64,000 bases of DNA. Origin: Camelus dromedarius (lineage: Eukaryota). The notes beneath the pieces were generated by a model that was given only the letters and a program-made list of their open reading frames with translations, was not told the origin of the DNA and did not search any database. Both the position numbers and the translations under genes were made by a program. The stretch's first letter is position 1. Each line of letters starts with the position of its first letter. Below are positions 10,331 to 23,690 of this stretch, one piece after another. The stretch lies in the NCBI RefSeq assembly GCF_036321535.1, contig NC_087437.1, positions 23,190,001-23,254,000 of the forward strand, given 5' to 3'.

Positions 10331-13179
10331 TTGAGTGTTCACCATGTAGCAAGGCAGTAAGTGCACAGAACATGAATCTATTATTTGAATACTTCAGAGT
10401 CTAGGATGAGGTACAAGTGGGGACTAGTGGCTGGAGTTTGGGCTGTGAAAGGCCCAGATTCCACCTCCAGGAATTATTTCTTCATTTTCATACCTGTACT
10501 TATTGAGGGCACTTCTTCATAGGCATGAAGATGAACACCCTGCCCTCAGTGAGCCCAGAATCTAGTGCAGAGCTTTTTCTTGTGATACATGAACGGGTCA
10601 CAGGTAAGGTGAGCCCACCCCCCCCACCCCAGCTCTCAGCACAGGCAAGCTCCTCCACCGACACCACCAGTGTGGGGTGCACACGTATGTGCTTCCATGT
10701 GTGCTCTGTGGAAATTTTAGGATTTTCTAGCCTTGGAGACAAGTTGGACATATATAGATAATAAGAATAACTACAATACAATGTAATGATGTAACAAGAA
10801 AATATAAAGCAATGAGTTTTAAAATTGCTATCATATAATGATGGAATAAGAGACTATAAGGTAATAATTTTTTAAATTGTTAGGGAGATGGTTTGGGTGA
10901 CATTGCAAAAACAAGCATGCTTCAGGAAGCTGGAAGACTTGGTCCCCATCCTTCTGGAAGCTTCAAGCCTGAATGTTCTGTTTGAGTTTCAACTATAAAA
11001 TTGCTCATTTGTTTTTCCAGTAACTGCTTACTTTTTCCAGCAAAAAATAAATAAATAAATAACATGAAGCATCTTCCCTCGTACTTTATCAGCTGATGAA
11101 TTTTGAAAATACAGTACCTAGAGGATAGATGGCAGTGTAAGGGTTTGTCTCTGCACTCTCTTCCCCTCTGGGTAAGAAATGGGTTTGGAGAGGTGATGCA
11201 GTTTCTCATTAAGTCGAACGTGGGTGTTTTCCTGAAGTGATATCACACTCTTTCAGTTATTTACTTCCTTCAGCTTTGAAAGTTTAAGTTACAGCTCTCT
11301 CAGAGCTTCCAGTGCTTTTTAGTCAAAGAATTATCCTTGTATAGCTCCAAGAACTGTATGTTTGCCTGTTAGAATTCATTGTTTTCCACCACAGATTTGC
11401 TGTACCTATCAAATAACATTGTTTTAAATTTTTTGGTACATAAGCACTTTATAAAATTCGTAGGACTGTATTGTTTTGCCACCTTTTTTTGTTCTTCACT
11501 CAAGGAAGAATGGAAGGTCAAATAAAATGACCATTTGTTAAATCCAACTTCCAGCACGTTCGTTCTATGAAACTTTCAGTAGATTCCAAGGGGTTTTAAA
11601 TTGTGATTTGGAGTTGAATTCAAATAGGTAAGAGGATCTCTTGGAGTGACTGCAACAGTTGAACTTGAAATTGGGTCTAGAAACTCATCTGGTCTGCTGC
11701 ATGGCTAAAGGTGAAAATAAATGTGAAGCTATTTATAACATAATTAATAACATCCACAGACGTTGAGCTATTCTCAGACTCCTCCGAATCTGTCATGTCA
11801 GCGGTTGGAAACAATGTCAAACTCCGTTACTACCTTTTCCAAAGCCACGGTTGTATTATTATCCCCAAGAGATTTTAATAATGAGGATTCAGCCTGGGCT
11901 TCAAAGCCCATGTCTAAGCCCCCCTTACCCTTCCTTGGGGTGCTTAAATCACAAATGGAGCTTTTCTAGACTTTTAGCGCTGAGCACTAAAACCATTCTT
12001 CCGTTTCACAAATGTACCACGTAGGCTTTTATACACAATCACTATGATAGAACTTCTAACCACATCAGCCTACTGTTATAATCAAGCTTTTTGTGATAAG
12101 AGTGTTTTAGGCCATCTTGACAAATGCTTGTAATTATAATAGTTATCACATAGAGCACTCAGTATCCTCGAAGGGATTTAAGTATATGATAGAATCTTCC
12201 TTTTAACAGAGTTTATCATCCAGCAGATTTCCATTCTTATGTATGGAAAGTGCATTTTAGATACATAAAACCACCATAAATGAGCTCTTAACTTTGTCAA
12301 CGGCTGTAGTAATCAAGCCCCTTTCTTTCCGAAGTATTTAAACTATCTCATTAAGTATACTTCTAGAAGATATAATGACATTTCTCCACATAAGCAAAGA
12401 GAATGTCTTGCATTTATATCCTTTCTTATTAGACTCCAGAGTTTTAGAAGTTTGGTCACTGGGATAATTAGGCAGCCAGTCCCCCTCAACCCCCTTTGCC
12501 TGCCTGTCAAGGCTAATGGCTGGAGAAAGAGAATTTGCTAAATTGAGAAAGTTGCTATGGGGCTGGAGGGGAGTGTTGGACAAAAGTAAGCAAGTTTACA
12601 ACCTGTCACCCTCTTAAAGGCTCTGAGGAATAATTTATGAGCTCTTGAAGCTAATGTCAGTGGCGTGGCCTAGAAACACGGGCATTTCTTATGGAAGTCC
12701 TAAAACATTTATCTGATGATTTAAAAATATGGCAGAGTTTGACTAGAATGTTCCATTGAGGTTCTCAAGCAGTTTCAGAGTAAGAACACGCAGTGTGCAG
12801 GCCCTGTTTAGCTCCTGGCCTGAGCATATTTTAAGTATTGGGTCCAGCTGGTCTTCCACCTGAATTTCAGTTTGTGGGGCCAACACTGTTGTTCAGAATT
12901 TCTGATTCTTCTCCCACATTTCAGAGTTTGGGGATCTAAGACTGCTGTTCAGTATTTCGGCATTTACTATAGCAGGTGATGAATGTAAGCTGTGATGCAA
13001 AGGAACGAGATGTCCATGTTTTGTGGAATCAGACATCACTTTATTGTTTTCTTTTGACCTAAGACAATCTTGACCTCCATCCTCTATTGCAGTGCTCTTT
13101 CATAGATATAGATCTGTCATGGGGGATGGGGTAAAATACTGATTTAAAAGGTCAAAATAAAGCAATAAAGTAATAATGA

Positions 13180-13286
13180 TTACATATATACCTACATTGC
13201 ATGTGTGTATTACATGTATACATATATGTTATATTTATATGTGTGTGTATATATGTGTATGTATGTTCACACACGTACATACACAC
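13180..13286. repeat. TA/TG/CA low-complexity tract
   Basis: Seen directly. Confidence 0.8.
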
Positions 13287-14223
13287 GGGTTTAAACAGCA
13301 AAAGCAAATTTAAAAGTGCTGGCTCATTTTTATTTTCAATAAAATAATGATAAATAGTGAACTATGAATCAGTCCTTTTTGTAGTCATCTTTTCATCCTG
13401 ATGCTCTCAGACTCCAAAATCAATGTTAAACTACTAAGCTTATGAGGTTGTCGTTCCAGTAGAACAGAAGTCCTGTAAGAAGAGCTGCCCCCTCACGTCG
13501 ACTCCGTTACCATCTTGTGTGTGCCTCTCGTGGCGTGCGCTTATTTACTGCAAATAGCGGTGGCACCGCCATAAATCCGTATGACTGTTTTGCTTTTCAC
13601 GGTCTGGGGAAATGGCAAAATCAAAGCCAAATGAATTGGGTGGTACTGAGATGCTGATGGTATTTGTAAAGGGCACAGGCATATTTTGTGCTGAGTAATG
13701 TGTGGGCCGTTATCTGTTGTCAGGGCCACTGGAAGACTGATGTCTTTTCATTGAGAGCAGCTTTTATCCTAGGGGAACAATCAAAATGAGAAAATCAAAA
13801 GCCTCCTGTAAGTGGAAGCAGCTTCTCTCTAATTTGATGAGCTGTGACATCAGTGTGGACCGGGTCAGCATTTCTTCTCCTTACTGTGTGGAATATTCCA
13901 TGCAGTTTTCTTTCTGTATAAACACATTGAAATAGTCCAGTGTGCACTTTTAAGTTCTTCTTTTGCTATTAGCTGTCTCTGGATGGAACACAATGTGGTC
14001 TTTCTTGTTTGATTGTTCTGGGAACATCAGCAGATAACTTTCTCAAAACCTTAAAGACGCCTGCTCTTTTTGGTATCTTGAGGGGTAGATACTAGTGAGA
14101 TGAGTATTCAAATCCTGAGCACATCTCAATTTGTAGTCACTGCCAAGTCTCAGTAAGTGTCCAGGTTGCCATCCCTGCTAAGCACAACCCTCTCTCCATG
14201 GACAGAGGCCCTCAGTATATTTT

Positions 14224-14357
14224 AATAATTCTTTTTTGGGGGGTGGCAGTAATTAGGTTTATTTCTTTCTTTATGTTTAGAGGTACTGGGGATTGAACCC
14301 AGGACCTTGTGTATGCTAGGCATGCACTTTACCACTGAGCTATACCCTCCCCCTCCT
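14224..14357 (-). mobile_element. Vic-1-type SINE with 13-bp TSD
   Basis: TSD CTCAGTATATTTT at 14211-14223 and 14358-14370; 'ggggattgaacccaggacc...ccactgagctataccctcccc'. Confidence 0.95.
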
Positions 14358-14869
14358 CTCAGTATATTTTCCATTTGTTCCTTGATTCTAAGACTCTGCT
14401 AACTCTGTAAACTTTCATTAGGTTCATTTCACAAAATTAAATTCTTCTTTGTAATACTCAGACTCCTAGCTGCAGGGCTGCCCTAGAGCTGACAGCCAAG
14501 TGTCCTGTGACCACACTGCTTGGAGGGAAACAGACAAAACAATGTTGAGAAATTGTGTGGCTCCATGTTGTTTGGCATCAGATCCTCACTGTGATCAGAA
14601 CTGAAAAGTGTGTCAGTGCTTGTCCTCATTCTGCTGCTCAGCATAGTGCTTCTGACAAGCAAGGCTTCATCACAGAAGTAGATTTGAGAAGAACTCGTGC
14701 AGTACACTGTACCTCCATAAATCAAAGAACAGGGCTGCCCAGATCCTCCTATTTAGGCATAAATGGAATTGAGAATGAAATGCCTTGTAATGAACACTTA
14801 GCTGAAAAGGTTAGCAACTGGGATAGGGAGTGGGAGATGATAGAATGAGGACTGGGTGATTTATTAAAT

Positions 14870-15060
14870 TGACAAAATCCCTAATTTTGCAATTTAACAC
14901 CATTTCCCTTTGTTCTGCTCTCAGTAGAGACGGAGAACAGCTGGTTAGTACCACCTGTGTAAGAATCCATCATATTCTTGAATACCATTAATAAATTTTC
15001 CCACAGCCTTTTCAGCCTTAGAAAAAGATCAGTTCCTTTCATCTTTCCAAAGTGGTAAAT
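14870..15060 (-). mobile_element. CR1/L3 LINE ORF2 C-terminal remnant
   Basis: Minus frame LFLRLKRLWENLLMVFKNMMDSY...QLFSVSTESRTKGNGVKLQ resembles the CR1 LFSLxKRRLRGDLIxVFK...RTRGNGxKL motif. Confidence 0.75.
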
Positions 15061-15799
15061 CAAGCCACCAGTCCAGGGATTCAAAATGTTTTCTGAGGAT
15101 GGTTTGTTTCTTAGGCTAGAACCCAGAACAGAAACTTTCTCAACTGATTGGTGAGGTGGGGGGCGTTTACTGTCTGGATGGAAGTGGAAATAACAAAGAC
15201 AGGAATCCTGGCTATGCTTAAGAAAACCCAATCCCTTGAGCCTCATCAGAAGAACAGAAATCCTAATCTGCCCAGGCTTTGAGGGGGATGGCTACTGAAA
15301 GGCTATTAAGATCCAAAGCCACTCTGGGTGGATTATCATTGTGCCTTCCGGCAGCTGAGTGTGGCAGTCTTTTATGTTTCGGTGCCATTAATTTTATACA
15401 GCTATTAACACAACGTGGCTACTCCTATCTGCAGCTGCTTCTATGATTCACTGAGCAACTGTTTTTTTTATTTGCTACTAGTAAAATTTCCAAAGTGTTC
15501 CTGATTGACCAAGAATATTTTGTAGCCCATTGATCAGTTTATACGTTTAGTATCCTTCAGTCAGATATTCATCTTGTGTCCAATCAGTAATGAGGGTCAC
15601 ATGGTACAGAACAGCCCCACCAATAGCCCAGTCTCCTAGGGCTTCTCTTGCAGAGTGAGATTGACAGCTAGTCAAGAACTTTGTTAAGTCAGTCTAACAG
15701 GGTTAGCACAGATGGGCAGAAATGGGGAGAGAACAACTTTTCTCTGTTGGCTTTACGTCTAAACACATCCTTAGGCTTCTCTGCATCAGTGGCTATATC

Positions 15800-16240
15800 A
15801 CAACTAAACACATGTCAAATGCTAGGAACTGGGAGTTTTTGTTATGTGTATCTCTCTACGCGAATTGCATCTTCTCACTTCAATGACCTTTGTAAATTCT
15901 GAGCATTTGAGGTTTTTTTTCACATTGTTAAGTTTCTCAGTTTCTTATGTGGCATTTGATCTATTTCAGTTTTCTCTGTCTTCTGGTATCAATTTCAGGA
16001 ATTTGTGTTTTCCTAAAAAAATCTTCTATTTCACTTAAATTTTAAATGCTTTTAGATAGAGTTTTGCAAAGTCTTCCTTTATGCTGGTTGGTTTTCCCAC
16101 TCATCTTAGATTTGTTTATCAATTCTGTAAATTTTTAATGTTGTTATTTCTTCCCTTCTGTTTTTCTTAAGTTAATTTATTGCTTTTTAATTTACTGAAT
16201 TCATTGACTTTTATTCCTTTTGTTTATGAATAAGATTTTT
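15800..16240 (-). mobile_element. Ancient L1M ORF2 fragment
   Basis: T-rich 'ctatttcagttttctctgtcttctggtatcaatttcaggaatttgtgttttcctaaaaaa' typical of antisense L1 ORF2. Confidence 0.5.
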
Positions 16241-17020
16241 TTAACTTATGAATTTGTCAAAAAAATTAGTTAAATCTTTATCTGTTGTCCCAGAGGACTG
16301 TTCATGGTGTAGCATGGCATGGTGTTAAATTAGAAAAGCATATTTGAGGGGTTAAATATTTAAAGTAATGAATTCTCTTCTGTGTCATTAAAATGTTACC
16401 CATAGTTGCATAACAATCTGATATTGCTCACAAACTTCAAGAGATGAGGAGGGAAAAAGTGATATGCATGGAATTATTTTCACAATTACAACAGTAACAG
16501 CAGACATCATCTCTATCCAATATACCCTCTTGACTCTTGTTCATCCTGGATCTGGAAAATCTCTGTTTAGCCACTATGAGCTCAAGATCCAGCACTTATG
16601 TAAACCTGGCTGTGAGGCCTTTCAGAAACACCCCTAGGCCCAGAGACTTTCTCTTGCCTTCATCTCACTTCATTAAACTTTGGTGTCTATGTCTATTTGA
16701 TTTCTTATCACAGGTGTCATTTTCTGGTAATTTTTATTTTTAATTATTTAAGCAAGTGCTCACTGTATAACTGAAAAAAATAGAGAAAATTACTCGAAAA
16801 ATTAATCAACTTCCATTGCCTGCTTGAAATAACCTAATAGATTAATATGTATCTTTGCACACCTTTCTTTGTGATTTTTATAAATTTGAATTAACACATT
16901 TAAAATGTATGTTTGTTTTCCAAAAATGGGATTATGAGATACTTATTATTTTGTTACTTGCTTGTCTCACTTAATAATGCAGCACGAAATCCCTCTAGGT
17001 CAGTAATAGAAGTAACCCAT

Positions 17021-17690
17021 GATTTTTTCTTTAATTAAAAAAAATAATTGTGGTAAAATATACATAACATAAAATTTACCACCTTAACCATTTTTAAGTA
17101 TACAGTTAACAATATTAAGTATATTCAAATTATTATGCAACCAATCTCCAAAACTCTTTTCATCTTATAAATCTGAATACCCATTAAGTAACAACTCACC
17201 GTGCCCACCTCCCCTGAGCCCATGGCAACCGCCATTCTATTTTCTGTCCCTACGAATGTAACTACTCTAGGCACCTCATATAAAGTAGAATCATACAGTA
17301 TTTGTCTTTCAGGACTGGCTTACTTCACTTACTACACTGTCCTCAAAGTTCATCCACGTTGTAGCCTGCGCCAGAATTTCCTTCCTTTTTTAAGGCTAAC
17401 TAATATGTCACTGTATGTATACACCACATTTTATTCCATCCTATTGTCAATGGGTATTTGAGTTGCTTCTACCTTTTGGCTATTGTAAATAAGATTGCAC
17501 AGAACATGGTTGTACACAAATCTCTTTGAGACCCTGCTTTCAATTCTTTTGGGTATACACCCAGAAGTGGAATTGATGTCTTGTATGGCAGGTCTATTTT
17601 TAATTTTTCGAGAAGCCACAATACTTGTTTCCATAGTGGCCACACTATTTTACTTGTCTACCAACAGTGCACAAGGGTTCCAGTTTCTCC
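17021..17690 (-). mobile_element. L1MB-like 3' end with 10-bp TSD, inside an older L1M
   Basis: TSD AGTAACCCAT at 17011-17020 and 17691-17700; 'tgtggtaaaatatacataacataaaatttacc...gggtatacacccagaagtggaattg...ccaacagtgcacaagggttcc'. Confidence 0.9.
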
Positions 17691-17747
17691 AGTAACCCAT
17701 TCTCATTTGGAAAAATCCATAATTATTAATATTGATTTTGATTTGGG

Positions 17748-17780
<33 letters not shown>

Positions 17781-18059
17781 TATATACCTATTTTATATGT
17801 GTATATATATAGGCATGTTTGTGCCTTCCTCTCAGGACATGAACTCCTACAGGGAGTTGTGAAGAGATAGCGCTGTTTGATTTCGACCTTGAAGGACAGC
17901 TGGCGAGATGAGGGTGTAGGGCCTCACCCCTTCTGCCAGAGCAGCTGACCCCACACTGACCCCTAATGGCTCTGGACAATGGGCCACTTTCAATGCAACT
18001 GACACAATTGCTAGGCTTCCTCTGAGCTGTCTTTGAGCCTGACGTCAGACTCTAACAAA

Positions 18060-18240
18060 TTGTCTACTTTAGGTTGAGTGAACCTTAAAACTTCAAACAA
18101 ATGTGATTACAGTTAGGTTCCTCTCCCTAGAAACATGCACATATTTAGTTTTTAGTATTTACCTTCAAATTTGGAGATTTTAATGTCCCTTGAATTTCCC
18201 ACGGATACCCTCTCAGGACTCCCTGGCTTAAGAACACAGG
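18060..18240. mobile_element. hAT MER117-like remnant
   Basis: 'cctagaaacatgcacatat...ggactccctggcttaagaacacagg'. Confidence 0.4.
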
Positions 18241-19499
18241 CTCCAGGATCTGACTCAGCCCTTTCACTGATAAGCAGGAATGGACAAAGCTATTTAAGCT
18301 TCATCATTTATTCTGCCTTCATCACACTGCTCTGTCTCTCACCTTATTTTTGTACTAATCTTTGTCTTCCGCATATGCTCCCTCTTCTCCTCTTCGTTGG
18401 TCAGTGTTTACAAATTGTAGAACGCCCTCTTTAATTTATTCTTACACTGCTAACATATGGTGTTCATTCTGCCTATTATCTAATAATCCTCAAGACATCT
18501 CCAGAAATAGGTAGGAAGTCTTGTATCATCAATCAAACGCGGTAGAGAGGCACAACTGCCGCATCGTGATTGTCCATTAAGCTTTAGCCATAAAATAGAT
18601 TATTCAATGTGACCAGGCAGCCTTGAATACTATCAGGTATTTTTGTTTTATCTTAAACATTTCTTCCCTTGTTCCCTTTCTACCAGGCCTTCAGGCTGCT
18701 TTATGCTTTTCGAAAATGTCACATTGGAATAGAAATAAGAATTCACCATCAGGGACATGACATCCTGAGTAAAACAGGCCTGCTTTTTCTGACCTAGTTA
18801 TGAATAAACGATGCTGTCATTGTGGTACTTAATTCATTAAAAAGAACATGCTTCCCCCCCCCCCCAAAATAAGTAGAATTTACCTTAGAAAAATATGAAA
18901 CGGTAGTCATAAGTAGTGAAGTCTGTTAATTTTCAGAGACAAGAGTAAGAAGCTTTCAAGTGTCTCTGGCATCTAAGTAGATTTAATTGTGAATTCACAT
19001 GTCAAAATCGAAGAAAAAAGGTTAAGGGAGACTTTCCAAACTAGTGATATGTGAAACATTTAAAAATGTGTTTGCATTCCAATTTTTACCCAGTCTTATT
19101 GCAACCCTTAAAATCTACATTTGTTTCTAATTTATATTGTTATAATCCTTCAAAATGCATTTTGTCAGCACCTTTTCATTTAAGGTTTAAATTCACTTTA
19201 AGAAAGACAAGTGCAAAGTACTGTGTGTTTAAAATTAATTTTCAGTTAACTTTTCAAAGTGTTGCTTCAAGATCTTTTTGATGTTTGGGAAAGCTCAAGA
19301 GACTTTTTTGGTGAGATTTTACAATCTTTAGCATGGAACATAAAGTTGTGTTTTGTGATGAATAAATAAAATAAAGCTTTAAAAGATTTAGATGATTTTA
19401 AAACTTAGGCATCTTAACAAGTTCTACATTTCGCCAAATATATTTTCCCATTTTGCTTATCACTTTCATAAGTATTTCTTCTGGTGGTTAATTATTCAG

Positions 19500-19870
19500 C
19501 AAACAGATTAGGATAAACTTATGCTTCAGTACCAGGCAGAGAATCTCAGTGGCTTAACACTTAGAATTTATTTCTTCTTGTGTAGAGACAGCTGTAGGTC
19601 AAGAAACTCACCAGCAGCCTGCCTTTCAGGTGGTACCTTAGTCATTCAGCCTTCTTTGACCTAGGGCTTAGGACTCAGCCATCTCAGCTTTTGAGGTCCA
19701 CGCTTCCTATAAATGAGAAGAAATCTCACACCTGCTCTTCAATACTTGGCTAACCTCCACTCACAGCACGTTGACCAAAACGAGTCACATGGCACTACCT
19801 AAATGCAAGAGGTGACAGAAGGTGGGGGGTACATGGAATATTTGGTCTTCAGTGCTATCTGTGCTGCAAA
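19500..19870 (-). mobile_element. Old MaLR LTR (MLT1J/K-like)
   Basis: 'aatctcagtggcttaacac...tttatttcttct...agtcacatggcactacctaaatgcaagagg'. Confidence 0.6.
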
Positions 19871-20718
19871 AGACAGCTCTGAATTTGAGTTTGAGAGATA
19901 GAAGGGACTTGTAGGAGGATAGCTCCCTAATTTTACAAGTAATAAAGGTGAAGCTGGAAGCTAGATCAGCTCCCACCACTACTTGCCTTAGGTAGTGTCT
20001 TCACAGTGCTTTCTTTACTATACTGAGAAGACCATTCAAATAAACTAGTTATAATGCTATTTTACCTTATCTTGCCGTTCTTGAAAGTTATTCTTAGACA
20101 TTTTGAACTTGGGCTCACAATGAGATGACTGTTAAGCCATCTGGTTCAATAGTTATATTGAGGATGGTTACAGGATATACTGTAAGAGAGCAGCACCTTG
20201 GAATACAGGAGGATTCTCATACAGAAGTGAACTATGCTGGACCTATGTGGTAAGCTTTAAATCCTGCTCTTGAGTCGAAGTAGATAGGGAATCTGGATTT
20301 TATTGCATCTTAAATATTTCCTACACATGGCCGGATCTTTTCCCTGAGCTTTGAAGTCTTCAACTCTAGGATAAACCAAAGTGAACTGACTTTTCACAAC
20401 CAATGGAGACATCAGCTCTACTTTGTAGCTAAGGAATTGAAAACCAAAACAGAACTAGACATTTCACTAACTGATAGTAATGTCTGAGGAACAAAGTACA
20501 TTTCATTAATATAAATACAAATACAAAACTTTAAGCTCAATTTCTATACTTATTTCATTGGAGATTAGTAACAGTTTTCTGACCAGCAACAATTCATGGA
20601 CCATAGTTTTAGTACCACTTAAATGGAGGAGATTATACAGTGGCAAGTGTAGAACTGAGAGCTAACATAACCAGCTGCCTCTGTCACATTCCACAGTAAA
20701 AATCTGGGGTAATTAATA

Positions 20719-21141
20719 CAGGTTTCCCCTGCTATCCGAAAGTAGAGCATGCCTATGAAAACTTTCATAAGCCTAAATGGCATAAAGTGAGGAAGGAAAT
20801 ATCTTAGGGGCCCATCTTGCTAACAGATGCACAAAACTGAAATAAAGCACAGATGCTCTCAGGCACAGTTCAAAGTTACGGAGTCTTTACTGGGATGCTG
20901 GGTGACATTCCCCGGAAAGGAGCTGGGTGGTACCACTCTCACTGGTCTGGGTGCGAGTGGCCTCTTTTGAGAGCTTGCTGCAAAACACACACTGAGCGCT
21001 GTTTTTCCTTCTTATCTTTTTTTCCTAAAAGTAAAAATCCTCTTCAGATTTCTTTTGGTTAGCGAAAACTGGTACTAGTGTGGGTCTTTCATAAAAGTGA
21101 AGAGGGCCTAAAGCAAACTTTTGAAAAGCAGGGAGTACCTG
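20719..21141. mobile_element. Non-autonomous TcMar-Tigger element (Tigger6-like), complete, with TA TSD
   Basis: TA at 20717-18 and 21142-43; terminal inverted repeats CAGGTTTCCCCTGCTATCCGAAAG and (reverse complement) CAGGTACTCCCTGCTTTTCAAAAG. Confidence 0.85.
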
Positions 21142-21381
21142 TATTTTGACCTTGAATATGTACTTGTATGTTATTTCTCATTTGATGATACATCCTTTGA
21201 TGTATATGCTGCTAGGCAGAACCCTAGAGAGGAGAGCAAAATATGTATGTACACTAACCTTTGGGAGTAGTTATCGTTGTATATATTTAATGAATGAGAA
21301 AATCCAGGTTTCCTTCATGAGTGTCCTTGATACAAGTGCTCATGTTTTCATCGATTTAAATGACTTTGCTTGAGTTTAAGC

Positions 21382-21866
21382 TACATAAATTTGTTTCCAA
21401 TTGCTGCTGTAACAAATTACCACAAAGGTAGTGGCTTAAAACCATACAGACTTCTTACCCTAAAGTTCTAGAGGCCAGATGTTCAAAACCAGTTTCAGGT
21501 GACTGAAATCAAGATATGGCAGGTCTTCTTCTCTCCTGGAAGCTCTAGGGGAAAATTCATGTCATTGCCTTTCTAGCTTCTGGAAGCTGACCACATTCCT
21601 TGTCTGGCAGCCCTGTCCTCCATCTTCAAAGCCAGCAATGTGACATCTTTCAGTCTCTCTTATGCTTAGCCTCCTGCCTCCCTCTTAGAAGGACCCTTGT
21701 GATTACACTGTCTTCACCCGGACAATCCAGGATAACCTCCCCATCTCAAAATCCTTAACTTAATCACTTCTGCAAAGTCTATTTTGCCATAGAAGATAAC
21801 ATATTCACAGGTTCCAGGAATTAGGATGTTAATATCTTTGGGGGGCATTTTTCGGTCTCCTACACA
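21382..21866 (-). mobile_element. MLT1C/D-like solo LTR
   Basis: 'attgctgctgtaacaaattaccacaaaggtagtggcttaaaac...ggacccttgtgattacact...atattcacaggttccagg'. Confidence 0.85.
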
Positions 21867-22669
21867 AGAATATTTCATTTAATATGTGTATTTCAGCAAT
21901 AGATTCTAGGTTGTTCTACTGTGTTTTTTTGGGAAACACATTTATTTCTATTTTTGGATGTTAAAACGATACAGAATAACACACACAAAAAATTAATCCA
22001 CATTTTTAATAAGAAAAGTGGACTTGGCACACACTCCCTACAGCCATAAAACAGAAAGAGATAACATATTATCTCATAATGGAAAAGAGACAGAACAGAG
22101 CCTTACCAGTACAACATACAAAAATCATGCTTGACCACATTTGGCAATGTAGATTTCCATTGCCTTGAAGAAGATTAAAACTGAAGCTGGGCAGGACTGA
22201 GTAACTTATCTTCATTCCCTCTTCTATCCACATGGAAAGAAAGTTTACTCCAGCCACATTTATGGGGGGAAAAGTGGACTGCTTAATTTGACAAAACTGT
22301 ATGTGTCATCTGAGGAGGAAAAAAAATGGCTTTCTAATGAGAATGTGATGGTGTGGACACATCCATTTCCTCACCACTACATGAAATTTAAGAGAAGGAA
22401 AGTGGGTGTCCTGAGAGTTCCACTGAGAAATGGAGACAGTGTATGGCCTGACTTGAATAATGGCACTGTACATCCTGGTGGACTCTACACCTTTACTTAT
22501 ACTTTTACACGGTACTTTCTCACCTTCCAACATTATAGACTCATTGAATCTATGCACAATCCCCTGCCAATTCCATGCTCCCCCTTGACTTGACTTTCTG
22601 CTCCTCTCCACAAGGACTGCCTGTACCTCTGCACTAACTGAATTCTTCCCGCCCTACACTTCCCTCAAG

Positions 22670-23080
22670 TCTACTCCAGCCTGTGCTTGTCTTAAGACAT
22701 AAGTTGGATTACATCACTCTGCTCAGAACCTTAATGGTTTTCTGCCATATTTAGGAAAATACCCCAAATCCTAAACAGAGCCTCCCATGCTGACTGGCCT
22801 TCCCTTCCAGTCACCTGTTCTCCCCAGCTCACTACACAGTGATCACACAGGTCTACTTTGAGGTCCTCCATTGAGCCAAGCACTTTCCTACCTCAGAACC
22901 TTCAAACACTTGGTTCTCTCTGCCTGGGACATTCTTCAGCTCACTATGACTGGTCAACTCCTTTTATCCCAAACAAAGTTAGGTTCCCCAGTCATAGAAC
23001 CTCCTTCATAGAACCTCCAACTTTCCTTCTGAACGTCTCACCAGTTTCCGATTACACAGAGACACGTGTAAGTCATGTAG
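22670..23080 (+). mobile_element. L2 fragment
   Basis: 'ggattacatcactctgctcagaaccttaatggttt...ttggttctctctgcctgggac'. Confidence 0.6.
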
Positions 23081-23439
23081 TGGTGAGGAGTGTGGGCTCT
23101 GCTCCACCTCCTACTCGCTGTGACTTCATGCATGTCACTAGTTCGCTGTAGAAGTAATACGTGTATTAATAGGGCTTTTTATGAGGATTAAATGAGTTTA
23201 CATCTAAAGTTTTGATAGGGAAAATTTCAAGTTTACATATTACAAGTATAATTAAGAATTATCACTTCTGCTTGGAAAAGGGGGGTATTTTAATTAGACG
23301 ATCAAAGCACATCAGCCTTGGAGATAGTTATTAAAAGGACGAGATTGCTCTTGCCTTTCAATGTGAGTCTAAAGTCATGTAAGAGCCTAGGTTTGGGCAC
23401 TGTCATATCTGGTGTCAAATCATCACCTTTGCTTAGAGG

Positions 23440-23690
23440 TGTTATGCCCATGGTTAAGCATGCATTCTCTAGACAGTGACTGCCTGGTCCAGACTTGACT
23501 CTGGAATTTCTGCTGCTTCCTGGCTGTGTGGACTTGAGATAGTTGCTTATCGTCTCTGAACCTCAGTTCTTTTATGTGTAAAATAAGAGTAATGCTTTTA
23601 AAGATTTTTGTGAACATTAATGAGAGGATTCACATAAATTATTTGGACTTTTTAGTAAGTACTCCATAAATATTAGTAATTATTACAAAT
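23440..23690 (+). mobile_element. MIR SINE
   Basis: 'ctggctgtgtggacttgagatagttgcttatcgtctctgaacctcagttcttttatgtgtaaaataagag'. Confidence 0.75.

Noticed and set aside
7198..10440. 17-bp direct repeat CTAGTGGCTGGAGTTTG at 7198 and 10424
   Set aside because: One match of this length in 64 kb is not improbable, and the similarity does not extend
14881..15246. 121-aa minus-strand ORF as a gene
   Set aside because: Its C-terminal half is a CR1/L3 remnant, not a cellular gene
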